Assembly: GCA_049967475.1 (NCBI GenBank)
Contig: JBMFSQ010000006.1
Coordinates: 18,430-82,429, forward strand
DNA: 64,000 bases
Direction: 5' to 3'
Origin: Chthonomonadales bacterium
GTDB lineage: Bacteria; Armatimonadota; Chthonomonadetes; Chthonomonadales; CAJBBX01
Below, piece by piece: positions 8,951 to 20,856 of the stretch (its first letter is position 1; every line of letters starts with the position of its first letter). The translations under genes were made by a program, and so were the position numbers. The notes beneath the pieces were generated by a model. It was given only the letters and a program-made list of their open reading frames with translations, was not told where the DNA came from and did not search any database.

Positions 8951-9189
8951 TTGACTTCCTTAAAAGGATCGGATCCCCCACGGCGTTCATGCCCCTGCTG
9001 CTCGCAGCGCATCGCCTACGCGCGTTTCTCTCAAGCAGCCTTCCCAGCTTCTCGTTACGTCACGATCCTGCGTTGCGCCTTGAGGCAACAATCCGCAGCT
9101 CTCGTGTGCTGCCCAAGACGCAGGACGCAGTGCGGGCCAACTTATGCGTATACCATATTCGGATAGAGGACTGCGCATCGGTCCTTCAA

Positions 9190-9219
9190 TTGACGGAGCT
9201 GGGCGGGTGGTGTTATAAT
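9190..9219 (+). promoter_or_regulatory. Sigma70 promoter (extended -10) for the S41 protease pair
   Basis: TTGACG (9190-9195), 18 nt spacer ending TGT, TATAAT (9214-9219). Confidence 0.8.
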
Positions 9220-9290
9220 TCGCTATTGCCACGGGATCGGGTCCCAGGTATAGGGCCTCTGGGTGCCGGTGGGACGGACGGAGGTGGAGT

Positions 9291-10649
9291 GTGGTTCGTG
9301 CATTTAAGGGGCTGGCAGCGGGAGTTCTGTTGGCACTGGTAATCGGGGGCTCGTTTGCCACAGGAAGGCACCTTCGGTACGCAATAGCCGGCCCCGTGGG
9401 GAGCCGTGTGACGGCACTCCCGGGTGTCGGCATCGGATCTGCTACCGGCACCGGGACTGCCTTCATCCAATCCGATGACGCTTCTCCGGCAAACACGTTC
9501 CAGGATGTGTACACCTACGTAAAGCAGCAGTATGTGGACCGTGTGGAGAACGATGAAAAACTCAGCTTCGGCGCAGTCCGCAGCATGCTGGCTGCCCTGG
9601 ATGATCCGAAGACGCGGTTCTACGATCCCGCTCAGAAGCAGCGCCTCGTAAACGAACTGGCAGGGAACTTCAGCGGCATCGGCGCGATCCTCACAGTGGT
9701 GAAGGAGAAGCGGGGAGAGGTCGAGCAGAACCGCCTCGCCGTGGTGGCGCCTGTCCCAGGGGGTCCTGCAGATCGAGCGGGCATTCGGCCGGGTGACGTG
9801 ATCAACTACATTGACAAGCGATGGGTCATCGCCTATGATCCCCGTTACGAGCTGAGCCAACTCCGTCTGGACCGCATGAACGCAGTCCAGTATGACAAAG
9901 AGTGGAAGGATGCCACCAAGCGGTTGGCGGACGGCATTTCGCTTCCCAAGGCTCTGGATGTGCTCAGCAGCACGCAAAAGCCCGTCAATCTCGTAATCGA
10001 GCGCGCTGGGTCGCCTTCCCCTATCTCGGTGACCGTGGACCCCGGTCCCTACGTGTTGAAGCCCGCTGAGTACCGGCGGCTGAATGACCACACGGGTTAC
10101 CTGCGCATCACTGAGTTCAATGACGCCGCCGGCGCCGCAATCCGTGAAGCCGCCCAGGACGAGCAGATGCGCGGGCTTGTGGTGGATCTGCGCGGCGCCG
10201 CCGAGGGGCCGGTGTCTGGAGCTTCGCCGCTGCCGCAATCCGCTCAAGACCTTCTTGCGGCATTTACACGCGGAGGGGTAGTAGCCAATCTCCTTACGAA
10301 GGGCAGTGAGCGGCAAAGTCTCTCTGTGCCTGCGGGGCGTCGCACAGTGAAGTTGGCTGTGTTGATCAACCGGGGTACCGCCAATATTGCCGAAGTAGTG
10401 GCAGCAGCGCTCAAGGAGCGAGGAGGCGCAGTGGTCATCGGCTCCAGATCCTTTGGAGATGCGGTGTATCAGCGACTGGTGCCGCTGCGGGACGACACAG
10501 CCATGACGGTTACAGCGGGTAAGTTCCTTACGGCAACGGGCGGTGATTTCGGGAAGAAGGGCATCGCTCCGGACGTCGCTATGGCCGTCGGAGGGCCGCA
10601 ACCGGATGATGCTGCCGTGCGGCGGGCTGTCGGCATCGTGGAAGGATAA
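9291..10649 (+). CDS. S41A/CtpA-like PDZ protein, predicted catalytically inactive
   Basis: CtpA architecture (TM, LDDPKTRF, FSGIGA, PDZ GGPADRAGIRPGD, GYLRITEF, VVDLR). Catalytic motifs are altered: GTANIAE instead of SASASE, and SFGDA instead of TFGKG. GGAGG RBS with GTG start. Confidence 0.85.
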   Translation: MVRAFKGLAAGVLLALVIGGSFATGRHLRYAIAGPVGSRVTALPGVGIGSATGTGTAFIQSDDASPANTFQDVYTYVKQQYVDRVENDEKLSFGAVRSMLAALDDPKTRFYDPAQKQRLVNELAGNFSGIGAILTVVKEKRGEVEQNRLAVVAPVPGGPADRAGIRPGDVINYIDKRWVIAYDPRYELSQLRLDRMNAVQYDKEWKDATKRLADGISLPKALDVLSSTQKPVNLVIERAGSPSPISVTVDPGPYVLKPAEYRRLNDHTGYLRITEFNDAAGAAIREAAQDEQMRGLVVDLRGAAEGPVSGASPLPQSAQDLLAAFTRGGVVANLLTKGSERQSLSVPAGRRTVKLAVLINRGTANIAEVVAAALKERGGAVVIGSRSFGDAVYQRLVPLRDDTAMTVTAGKFLTATGGDFGKKGIAPDVAMAVGGPQPDDAAVRRAVGIVEG

Positions 10650-10665
10650 GCGGAAGGCAACAGAA

Positions 10666-12021
10666 ATGAAGCGGCGTTTCGCAAGATGCATCGGGATTCT
10701 CCTGCTCGTGGCTCTGCCCATGTTCGTGGGCTTTGCCGGGCCCGATATATCGTCCGGGAGATGGGACCGCGCGGCCCACAATACGGGCGGGATGCTTCGG
10801 GAGCTTTTTATTCTCCCGGCGGCTGCAGCGCGTGATGAGAACACGATCCCCTTCGAGGCATACAAACAGGCCCTGGATGTACTCAAGAAGGATTACTATG
10901 GGGCCCGGATTGACGCAAAGAAGACCCGCGACCTGACCTACGCCGCCATCCGCGGGATGCTCTACACCCTGAACGACCCGTTCACGAGCTTCCTCGATCC
11001 GGATGAGTGGACCCAGATGCAGCAGACCACCCGTGGCGATTTTGAGGGGATCGGCGCAGTATTGGAGCCCTATGGCCAAGACGTGCGCGTGGTGCGCCCC
11101 ATCGAAGGCAGTCCCGCGTACCGCGCCGGGCTCAAGCCCCACGATGTGATCTACAGTGTTACCAATTACGATCAGGGTTCCAAGAAGACCACCGTGGTGC
11201 TGGGCAAGAACATCAACGATGTCGTAAAGCTCATCAAGGGACCCCAGGGGACACGGGTGGACGTTGCCGTGATCCGCAAGGGCCGGTCCACACCCATTAC
11301 CTTCCATTTGATCCGTGCTCACATCGAGCCCCCGACGGTGCGGTATTGGATGGAGGATCCGGTCAACAAGATCGGCCGCATCCTGCTCAATGAGTTCAAC
11401 GAAAAGAGCGACGCTCAATTCGACAAGGCCTATCAGGCATTGATGGCGAAGGGGATGCGGGGCCTCATCTTCGATCTCCGGTACAACCCCGGCGGTCTGT
11501 TGAATGTGGCCATAGATATCGGCAGTCGCTTCATAGACTCCGGCCCCGTGGTCATCATTCAAGAGAAGAACGGCCAGCGGCAGGCCTACGGCGCCCGGGT
11601 GCGCAAGCACCATGTGAACGTTCCCGTGGTGGTACTGATCAACGAGAGCAGCGCCAGCGCCTCCGAGATTGTGGCGGGCGCCATCAAAGACAACAAGGCC
11701 GGCATCCTGGTGGGTACCCACACATTCGGCAAGGGGCTGGTCCAGACGCTATTCCCCCTGAGTGATGGTTCTGCGCTGCGCCTTACCACAGCCAAGTACT
11801 TCACGCCCAAGGGAAACGACATCAGCAACAAGTATGACGAAGAACACCGGCCGATCTTCGGAACGGGCGGTATCAAGCCCGATATCGCGGTGACGCAGCC
11901 GGACACATTCACGAGCCTGGATTGGGCAGAAGAAAACAAAAAGAACGACGCTCAACTGAAGAAGGCCATCGAGGTCCTGCGGACACGGTTGGCGCAGAAC
12001 CCTGGGCGTGCTTCGGAATAA
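10666..12021 (+). CDS. ctpA: Carboxyl-terminal processing protease (S41A, PDZ)
   Basis: Motifs LNDPFT, FEGIGA, DLRYNPGG, SASASEIVAGA (catalytic Ser), TFGKGLVQ (catalytic Lys), GIKPD. Confidence 0.93.
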   Translation: MKRRFARCIGILLLVALPMFVGFAGPDISSGRWDRAAHNTGGMLRELFILPAAAARDENTIPFEAYKQALDVLKKDYYGARIDAKKTRDLTYAAIRGMLYTLNDPFTSFLDPDEWTQMQQTTRGDFEGIGAVLEPYGQDVRVVRPIEGSPAYRAGLKPHDVIYSVTNYDQGSKKTTVVLGKNINDVVKLIKGPQGTRVDVAVIRKGRSTPITFHLIRAHIEPPTVRYWMEDPVNKIGRILLNEFNEKSDAQFDKAYQALMAKGMRGLIFDLRYNPGGLLNVAIDIGSRFIDSGPVVIIQEKNGQRQAYGARVRKHHVNVPVVVLINESSASASEIVAGAIKDNKAGILVGTHTFGKGLVQTLFPLSDGSALRLTTAKYFTPKGNDISNKYDEEHRPIFGTGGIKPDIAVTQPDTFTSLDWAEENKKNDAQLKKAIEVLRTRLAQNPGRASE

Positions 12022-12022
12022 C

Positions 12023-12104
12023 GCCCGGGTGGTGGAACCGGCAGACACAGGGGACTTAAAATCCTCTGCCGAAAGGCGTGCGGGTTCGAGTCCCGCCCCG
12101 GGCA
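12023..12104 (+). tRNA. tRNA-Leu (anticodon TAA)
   Basis: Acceptor GCCCGGG/CCCGGGC, anticodon arm GGGGA-CTTAAAA-TCCTC, variable arm GCC-GAAA-GGC, discriminator A. Confidence 0.95.
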
Positions 12105-12204
12105 TGGGAAGCGTGGCCACAGGAGAAAGGCGTGCATCCCAACGGGTGTGCGCACTCAGCGGGTAAGGCTGTGGCGAGGGGCGCCGCGCGTCCGAATATT
12201 CGGG

Positions 12205-12234
12205 TTGACGCCTTCCGGCGCCGTTGGATATAAT
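12205..12234 (+). promoter_or_regulatory. Sigma70 promoter for tRNA-Gly
   Basis: TTGACG, 18 nt spacer, TATAAT; the -10 ends 10 nt before the tRNA. Confidence 0.85.
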
Positions 12235-12244
12235 GGCTCCGTAA

Positions 12245-12316
12245 GCGGGAATAGCTCAGAGGTAGAGCATCTGCTTCCCAAGCAGAGGGCCGCGGGTTCG
12301 AATCCCGTTTCCCGCT
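12245..12316 (+). tRNA. tRNA-Gly (anticodon CCC)
   Basis: Acceptor GCGGGAA/TTCCCGC, anticodon arm TCTGC-TTCCCAA-GCAGA, T loop TTCGAAT, discriminator T. Confidence 0.95.
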
Positions 12317-12500
12317 CGAACTTGGACCGACCCCGGATAGCGACCGTTCAGCTCAGCGGTGGGAGTTGTGTGGGAACGGCTCCTCCGGTTCTGATCTGGA
12401 GGGGCGCATTGCAAATGCCCCTTACGCATTCGTTTCTTTCCGTCCCCGGCGGAACGGCCGGTTGGCGTCCTGGCGGACCCGTACGCGCCCCTCGCACGGC

Positions 12501-12530
12501 TTGACCGTGGGTCCGCGCGTGTGTTACAAT
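12501..12530 (+). promoter_or_regulatory. Sigma70 promoter for tRNA-Cys
   Basis: TTGACC, 18 nt spacer ending TGT, TACAAT. Confidence 0.8.
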
Positions 12531-12541
12531 AAGGCCGCTGC

Positions 12542-12614
12542 GGCGCCGTACCCAAGTGGCTAAGGGAGAGGTCTGCAAAACCTCGATTCAGCGGTTCGAT
12601 TCCGCTCGGCGCCT
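12542..12614 (+). tRNA. tRNA-Cys (anticodon GCA)
   Basis: Acceptor GGCGCCG/CGGCGCC, anticodon arm GAGGT-CTGCAAA-ACCTC, T loop TTCGATT, discriminator T. Confidence 0.95.
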
Positions 12615-12742
12615 TGCCTGCACCGCCCGCCCCGCGCGGGCGTTTTGCATCCTGATGCCCTACACCGCCGCGATGATCCCGCCTCCACACCGCTGCGACG
12701 ATGCTTCCTGGGCGGGGTAGAATAAGGATGCGGAGGTTGAAC

Positions 12743-13864
12743 ATGGCAAAACATTGGGAATGCCGCGAGTGCGAATATCGCGTGGAAGCGGCCGAACCGC
12801 CTGCATCCTGTCCCATCTGCGGCGAGCCTGCCGACAGCTTCGTGGAAACGAAACCCGTGTCCCTGGACGGCGCCGACCGCCAGCTCCTGAACCTTCTTCA
12901 GACCGCTTTTCCTTTGGAGCCTAGGCCCTGGGCGGTGTTGGGCCGGCAGGTGGACCTTGCCGAGGAGGATGTCATCGCCCGCGTTCGGCGCATGAAGGCA
13001 TCGGTTATCCGCCAAATCTCGGCCATCTTCGATTCCCGGAGCCTGGGCTATAAGGGAACCCTCGTCGCCTTCCAATTTGATCCTGAGCGCCTTGATGCCG
13101 GTGCTGCGGTGGTGAGCCGGCATCCCGGATGCAGCCACAACTATCGGCGCAATCACGAGTTCAACCTTTGGTTCACCTTGACCCTGCACCGATCCGTGGA
13201 TCTGGAGGAAGAGGTGGCGCGCCTGGCAGCAGCATCCGGCGCAATTCGGTGGATCCTGCTTCCCACGATCAAACTCTATAAGATCGGCGTGAAGCTCGAC
13301 GCTACCGGAAGCAAGGATGCGACGGCGCAGGAGGAAGGTCCCGTAGTGAAGGGTCTGCGGGAACCGCAAAGCCTTACAGAGCGGGAGATCCAGGCTGTAC
13401 GTGTTTTGCAGAGAGATCTTCCTCTTGTGGAGAAGCCCTTCGAGCAACTTGCCGAGAAGTACGGGGAGGGGCTGGGGCAGCAAGACCTCTTCGAGATGGC
13501 GCAGGACTTCCTAAGGCGAGGCATCATGCGCCGCTTCAGTGCGGTGTTGCGCCATCGCAACGCCGGCTTTGCCGCCAACGCCATGGGGGTGTGGGTCGTC
13601 CCTCCCGATCGTCTGGATGAAGTAGGCGAGCTGATCGCCGGATACGCTGCTGTGAGCCATTGCTACCAGCGGCCGAGCTATCCGCCGCATTGGCCGTACA
13701 ACCTTTTCTCCATGGTGCACGGGAAGACGATGGAGGAGTGCGAGGCCGTGTTGGCGGATATCTCTCGGCGCACCGGCATCACGGAGTACGCTCGGCTCTA
13801 CAGCACGCGCGAATACAAGAAGGTGCGCGTCAAATACTTTATGGAGGGCATCGCCCGGGCATAG
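12743..13864 (+). CDS. Fused siroheme decarboxylase (AhbA-AhbB / NirDL-type) with an N-terminal rubredoxin-like domain
   Basis: N-terminal WECRECEY...PASCPICG..F. Two Lrp/AsnC-like halves: SHNYRRNHEFNLWFTL (AhbA-like) and HRNAGFAANAMGVW, SHCYQRPSYPPHWPYNLFSMVH, EYKKVRVKYF (AhbB-like). GGAGG RBS. Confidence 0.85.
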   Translation: MAKHWECRECEYRVEAAEPPASCPICGEPADSFVETKPVSLDGADRQLLNLLQTAFPLEPRPWAVLGRQVDLAEEDVIARVRRMKASVIRQISAIFDSRSLGYKGTLVAFQFDPERLDAGAAVVSRHPGCSHNYRRNHEFNLWFTLTLHRSVDLEEEVARLAAASGAIRWILLPTIKLYKIGVKLDATGSKDATAQEEGPVVKGLREPQSLTEREIQAVRVLQRDLPLVEKPFEQLAEKYGEGLGQQDLFEMAQDFLRRGIMRRFSAVLRHRNAGFAANAMGVWVVPPDRLDEVGELIAGYAAVSHCYQRPSYPPHWPYNLFSMVHGKTMEECEAVLADISRRTGITEYARLYSTREYKKVRVKYFMEGIARA

Positions 13865-13892
13865 GGATTGATGCGACAGGCCATCCTCGCCG

Positions 13893-14546
13893 TCAATCCG
13901 GAATAGGGCGCACGAGGGTAGTGCTTCGCTGCACCATTCGTATGATACCGCTACGTTGGGTTGTGGCGCCCGAAGCCGTGTCGGCTCTCTTGCGGAGTTG
14001 GGTCGCGTCCCTCCCCGGCATCACCGTTCCCAGCAGTTCGGCAGAGATCCAGCATGCCGCCAAGAATGCAGCGATGCCGTGCTGGAAGCCGGCCGTTGCA
14101 CGCGCCTTGCGCGCCTCGAATTCGGCGCGGACATTGGGCTGGGTCAGCCAAACCAGGCTGATCACGGCGATTGTGAAGAAGGTCGCAGAAAGCGCGTCGT
14201 TGTGGTCGGCTGCCCCGGGAACGGGCGCAAGCAAAGTTTCCGCAAGAAGGCCATGGGTTAGGAGCGAGGCCCACTTCAGGTGATCTGCTGCAAGGTGAAT
14301 GGCTCCGCTGCACGCCGTGGCCGATGCAATCCACAGAAGGGCGAACCGCCCCCACCGCTTCCTCGCCAAGACCGACCAGGCTACGATGAGCGTAACAAGA
14401 GCGGAATTCCAGGGCCACAAGGCCGCTGGAAGGGGACGGGTGGCCGCCCAAAGCCGTTCGTACACAGTGAGCCCGATCCATGCCATGCCGATTGCAGTGG
14501 TCGGTTCGGGGAGGTAAGGCACCGCGGTCCTCGATGGTATGTTCAT
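13893..14546 (-). CDS. Hypothetical membrane protein
   Basis: ORF with about five hydrophobic segments filling the gap downstream of ligA. Confidence 0.6.
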   Translation of the reverse strand: MNIPSRTAVPYLPEPTTAIGMAWIGLTVYERLWAATRPLPAALWPWNSALVTLIVAWSVLARKRWGRFALLWIASATACSGAIHLAADHLKWASLLTHGLLAETLLAPVPGAADHNDALSATFFTIAVISLVWLTQPNVRAEFEARKARATAGFQHGIAAFLAACWISAELLGTVMPGRDATQLRKRADTASGATTQRSGIIRMVQRSTTLVRPIPD

Positions 14547-14681
14547 GCTTGTCCTCACTAGGGTGGTTGCCGCGGTATAACAGCGTGATCCGTAATCTAA
14601 TACGAACGGCGCATCTTTGAGATTGCACCATTTTACGCAAATGGGCCCGTGCAACCGGCGGTGGGTGCGCCGGCCTTGGAA

Positions 14682-17598
<2,917 letters not shown>

Positions 17599-17709
17599 GG
17601 GCTACACCTTGGGTCACCCGGGATCCCGTATTCCAGTGTGTTCGTGCGGATCCCGAGTGACCCCTCGTTGTGTGTGGCTCGAGCGATCTAGGCGCAGAAC
17701 CACTCTGCG

Positions 17710-18471
17710 CTATTTCGACGTGGGCTTCGCTTCCTCTGACGGCTTTACCCGGGTGATCTTTACGGCCAGATCCATGGGACCGTACTGAGTGGGGACGCCC
17801 TTTTGAGAACCTTCGCCCTTCACGACGGCTCCGTTGGCCGGGTCGAGCCAATAAGTGAATTCCGTCGCCATCTTATCACCTTCAGCATCTACGGCAGCCG
17901 AGGCAGATTGCTTTACCTTCCAGTACTGAACCCCGTCCAAGGTGTCCGTGCCGAGATAAGTCGTCTTGATGACGACCTTCTTGCCCTTGACGGCGGGGTT
18001 GTCCACCTCTGTTTGCCATGCGTCCGATGGTGCTACGGCTTTGTTGGGGAAATAGACGTGGGTCATCACGGCGAGGAGCTTGCGGATGGGCGTCTCCATG
18101 AACCCGGAGCCTTCATTCTCGTTGGTGGTGAAGCTGACGAGCTTGCCGGCCTTGTCGAAGGTGATCGTCGCAGGAGCCTCGGGTTGGAGGTCGTTATCCT
18201 GCCCATTTGCCACGTATTTGCCGCCTTCGTCTTGTTGCAGCACGACCACGTCACCGTTGGGCTTTATCTCCTTAACGGTTTCTTTGATCGTGCGATAGGC
18301 CGGTACTTCGGTGCCGCTCACCTGGGCGGTGATGTCGTACTTGTACCGAGCCACTTCACCGGCTTTGTACGATCCGCTCAATTGGACTGCCTTGTCCTGG
18401 GCGGCGGCTAGACCCCCCACTGCCAGCATCCCTGTGCAGCATGCAGCCACAAGCCACTTCACGGTTGTCAT
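17710..18471 (-). CDS. Hypothetical secreted protein (DUF6263-like)
   Basis: Signal peptide ending AAA-QD, YKAGEVARY, FPNKAVAPSDAW, YWLDPANG. GGAGG RBS. Confidence 0.7.
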   Translation of the reverse strand: MTTVKWLVAACCTGMLAVGGLAAAQDKAVQLSGSYKAGEVARYKYDITAQVSGTEVPAYRTIKETVKEIKPNGDVVVLQQDEGGKYVANGQDNDLQPEAPATITFDKAGKLVSFTTNENEGSGFMETPIRKLLAVMTHVYFPNKAVAPSDAWQTEVDNPAVKGKKVVIKTTYLGTDTLDGVQYWKVKQSASAAVDAEGDKMATEFTYWLDPANGAVVKGEGSQKGVPTQYGPMDLAVKITRVKPSEEAKPTSK

Positions 18472-18791
18472 CGCACCCTCCGTGTATTTGCCTTGGCGGC
18501 GAATGGACCGTAGCCCAGCGGCCCGCAATGTCCGTAGGAGGCGTTCCCTACCGGGCACACAAAAGCCGAACGGTACCGGTGCGCCGCCGCATTCTGTCAA
18601 AGGAGTTTACCACGTCCGCACGCGGGCAGCAGCAGATGGCCCGACACCCTGGAGGGCAGGCTCTATACTGCTTTGGCATGCGGGTGTAGACCCAGCACGA
18701 CGCGCCCTCCAGGGGCCGGGTCTTTCCTGATGCGGGTATGGCAGGTGAGGCGTGTAGGGAATGGCCTGTCATCCCGGCACCTGCCTGCCTG

Positions 18792-20066
18792 CTAGTACCT
18801 GCGCGTTACGAGTACGGCGATCGTTACGAGGAGTGTCGTCACCTGGAAGGGATCCAACACCGGCCTAGGCTGCCCCTGTGGGATCTCGATGGTGTCCCCG
18901 GGTTGCAGGAGCACATCGCGCTGCTTGCCAGACCGAACGTCTCCGTAATTGAACTTGATGACCTCTGTTTTGGAGGGATCCGCGGATCCGCCGGGATGGC
19001 GGTAGATGCGCGCCTGTTTCTCTTTGGCGTAGGGAAGGAGCCCGCCGGCTTCACCCACGGCCTGCGTCAGCGTCATGGGCTTTTGGTAGGGCAGCCTGCC
19101 TGGCCGCACGAAGGCGCCGTTCAGGTTGATGAACTGGTCCGGACCGAGTTTGGCTACGTATACGACGTCATCGGGGCCGAGGGTGATGTTGGCTGAGGGA
19201 TCTCCCTGTTCCACCTTGTCAAAGTCCACTGAGATCGTTTTGTCGGCCCCGTAATGCCGCACAGTGATTTGGTGGCGATCGGCCGTAGGGTTGAGGCCCC
19301 CGGCGAGGGAGATAACCTCCCGCAGTTGCGTGGGTACGCCTACTCGAACGGGCACAAGGCCGGGTTTGGCAACGTCGCCTTCCACGGACACCATGCCGGG
19401 AGCAGGCAAGCTCTTCATGGGCACGTACACCAGATCGCGGTCGGCAAGGACAGGGTTCTGGCTTTCGTCGGGTTTGGAACCCGGGGCGGGTTTGAGCCAC
19501 AGGAGAAAGTTGACATCCTTTACCGTTCGCACGCCCTTCTCGTCCCGGTGATACACGCGGATATCGGAAAGGTCGGCGTTATCGGTGAAGCCATAGAGGG
19601 CAAGGACTTCCGCGAGTGTCGTGCCGTCGTTGATGAGGACGGCGCCGGGCTTGGTGACGCTTCCGCCCAGGAAGACGACGGGCCTGGGTACGGCGATGAT
19701 GGCGAGGGACACCTTGGGTTCCTTGAGGAAGGGCTTGAGGAGCGCTGCCACCTTGTCGGCTGCCTGGTCCGGCATCAGCCCCCGCAGTTCGATGCGGCCT
19801 ACGAGCTTCATATCAATGGCACCGCTAGGATCTACAGGGAACACGCCGGAGAAATCGCTCTCGGGACCAGCCGCCGAAGTCGTCGTGATGGAAAGAGTGA
19901 ACCCGGGCTTGATGGGTTGGTTAGGATTGAACGTTGCCTCGCTTCCGAGAGCAAGCTGAGTTTGATCTGCAGGGGGGCTCGTTTGTGTGCCGCCCTGCGC
20001 CAGCGCGTTCCCGGCACCGCATGCAAGCAGAAGCGCCGCGAGAAGGCTGACGACGGTGATCCGCAT
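18792..20066 (-). CDS. Polysaccharide export (OPX/Wza-like) protein with several SLBB domains
   Basis: Signal peptide, Poly_export-like VDPSGAIDMKLVGRI, repeated G.V.KPG / LAGG / L.PGD.(I/V) SLBB units, C-terminal hydrophobic helix. Confidence 0.85.
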   Translation of the reverse strand: MRITVVSLLAALLLACGAGNALAQGGTQTSPPADQTQLALGSEATFNPNQPIKPGFTLSITTTSAAGPESDFSGVFPVDPSGAIDMKLVGRIELRGLMPDQAADKVAALLKPFLKEPKVSLAIIAVPRPVVFLGGSVTKPGAVLINDGTTLAEVLALYGFTDNADLSDIRVYHRDEKGVRTVKDVNFLLWLKPAPGSKPDESQNPVLADRDLVYVPMKSLPAPGMVSVEGDVAKPGLVPVRVGVPTQLREVISLAGGLNPTADRHQITVRHYGADKTISVDFDKVEQGDPSANITLGPDDVVYVAKLGPDQFINLNGAFVRPGRLPYQKPMTLTQAVGEAGGLLPYAKEKQARIYRHPGGSADPSKTEVIKFNYGDVRSGKQRDVLLQPGDTIEIPQGQPRPVLDPFQVTTLLVTIAVLVTRRY

Positions 20067-20121
20067 GGTCCGATACTCCTCTTTGTATTGGTTGCAGTTG
20101 GAAGTTGCCTGCCCGCTTCCC

Positions 20122-20150
20122 TTGACTCAGGCGGCGGGGCGGCGTATAAT
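20122..20150 (+). promoter_or_regulatory. Sigma70 promoter
   Basis: TTGACT, 17 nt spacer, TATAAT upstream of the ATG at 20188. Confidence 0.75.
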
Positions 20151-20187
20151 CGGGGCCGAACGCCAATGGCAATGGGAGATTTGCCTC

Positions 20188-20835
20188 ATGACCGACAGCA
20201 CCCTCAACCCGTCTGACATCTGGGCGCAGACGGTGAACCTCGTGAAGGATCGCGTGAACCACCGCTCTCTTTGGGAGGCGATGGAACAAGCGGTAGGCAT
20301 CGCCATCGAGCAAGACACCTTTATTGTCGGTCTCAATCCGCGTTTCTTCAACCAGGCCGGGCACCTGAATGTGTCCGCCCACAAGAATGCCATCGAGAAT
20401 GCCCTCAGAGATCTGACGGGTCGCCCGCTCAAGGTGCGCATCATCGAGGGCGACAGCCTCGAGGACTGGAACTACACGAAGCAACGCGATGCCCGCATCG
20501 CGGCCATGCGTGAGGCGACCTACCGGCAAAAGGATCGCGAGGAAGCCGAAGCCCAGTCCTGGGACACGCTAATCGAGTACATTGCACGCGAATACTCCAA
20601 TACGCCTCTGCGCCAGCTCCCCCAGTCACGGGCGCGCTTCCTCACCCGGATGCTCTATGTAGTAAGCGACGCCATGGACACGCTTTATTCCGAGACCCCC
20701 GACGAGGCTGTGGAACGCCACCTCGCCCGCGTGATAGACCGCCTTGCCAATGTTACCGACACTCCGGCCACCATGGTAGCGCTGGAATTGGATCGCCTCC
20801 GCGCGTGGCGCCAACAGAATGCCCAGACTTCTTGA
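20188..20835 (+). CDS. Hypothetical cytoplasmic protein with a DnaA domain I/DciA-like N-terminus
   Basis: GGGAG RBS and its own promoter. The N-terminal pattern IWAQTVNLVK...FIVG...IENALRDLTGRPLKVRII resembles the KH-like DnaA_N fold. The C-terminus is helical. Confidence 0.6.
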   Translation: MTDSTLNPSDIWAQTVNLVKDRVNHRSLWEAMEQAVGIAIEQDTFIVGLNPRFFNQAGHLNVSAHKNAIENALRDLTGRPLKVRIIEGDSLEDWNYTKQRDARIAAMREATYRQKDREEAEAQSWDTLIEYIAREYSNTPLRQLPQSRARFLTRMLYVVSDAMDTLYSETPDEAVERHLARVIDRLANVTDTPATMVALELDRLRAWRQQNAQTS

Positions 20836-20856
20836 CCCTCTCCCAATGCGCCTAGC

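Noticed and set aside
8573..12614. tRNA genes as possible island or prophage attachment sites
   Set aside because: No integrase, duplicated tRNA 3' end or obvious compositional shift seen in the window.
18571..18600. Minus-strand TTGACA at 18600-18595 (also 7205-7200)
   Set aside because: No matching -10 element at 17-18 nt spacing.
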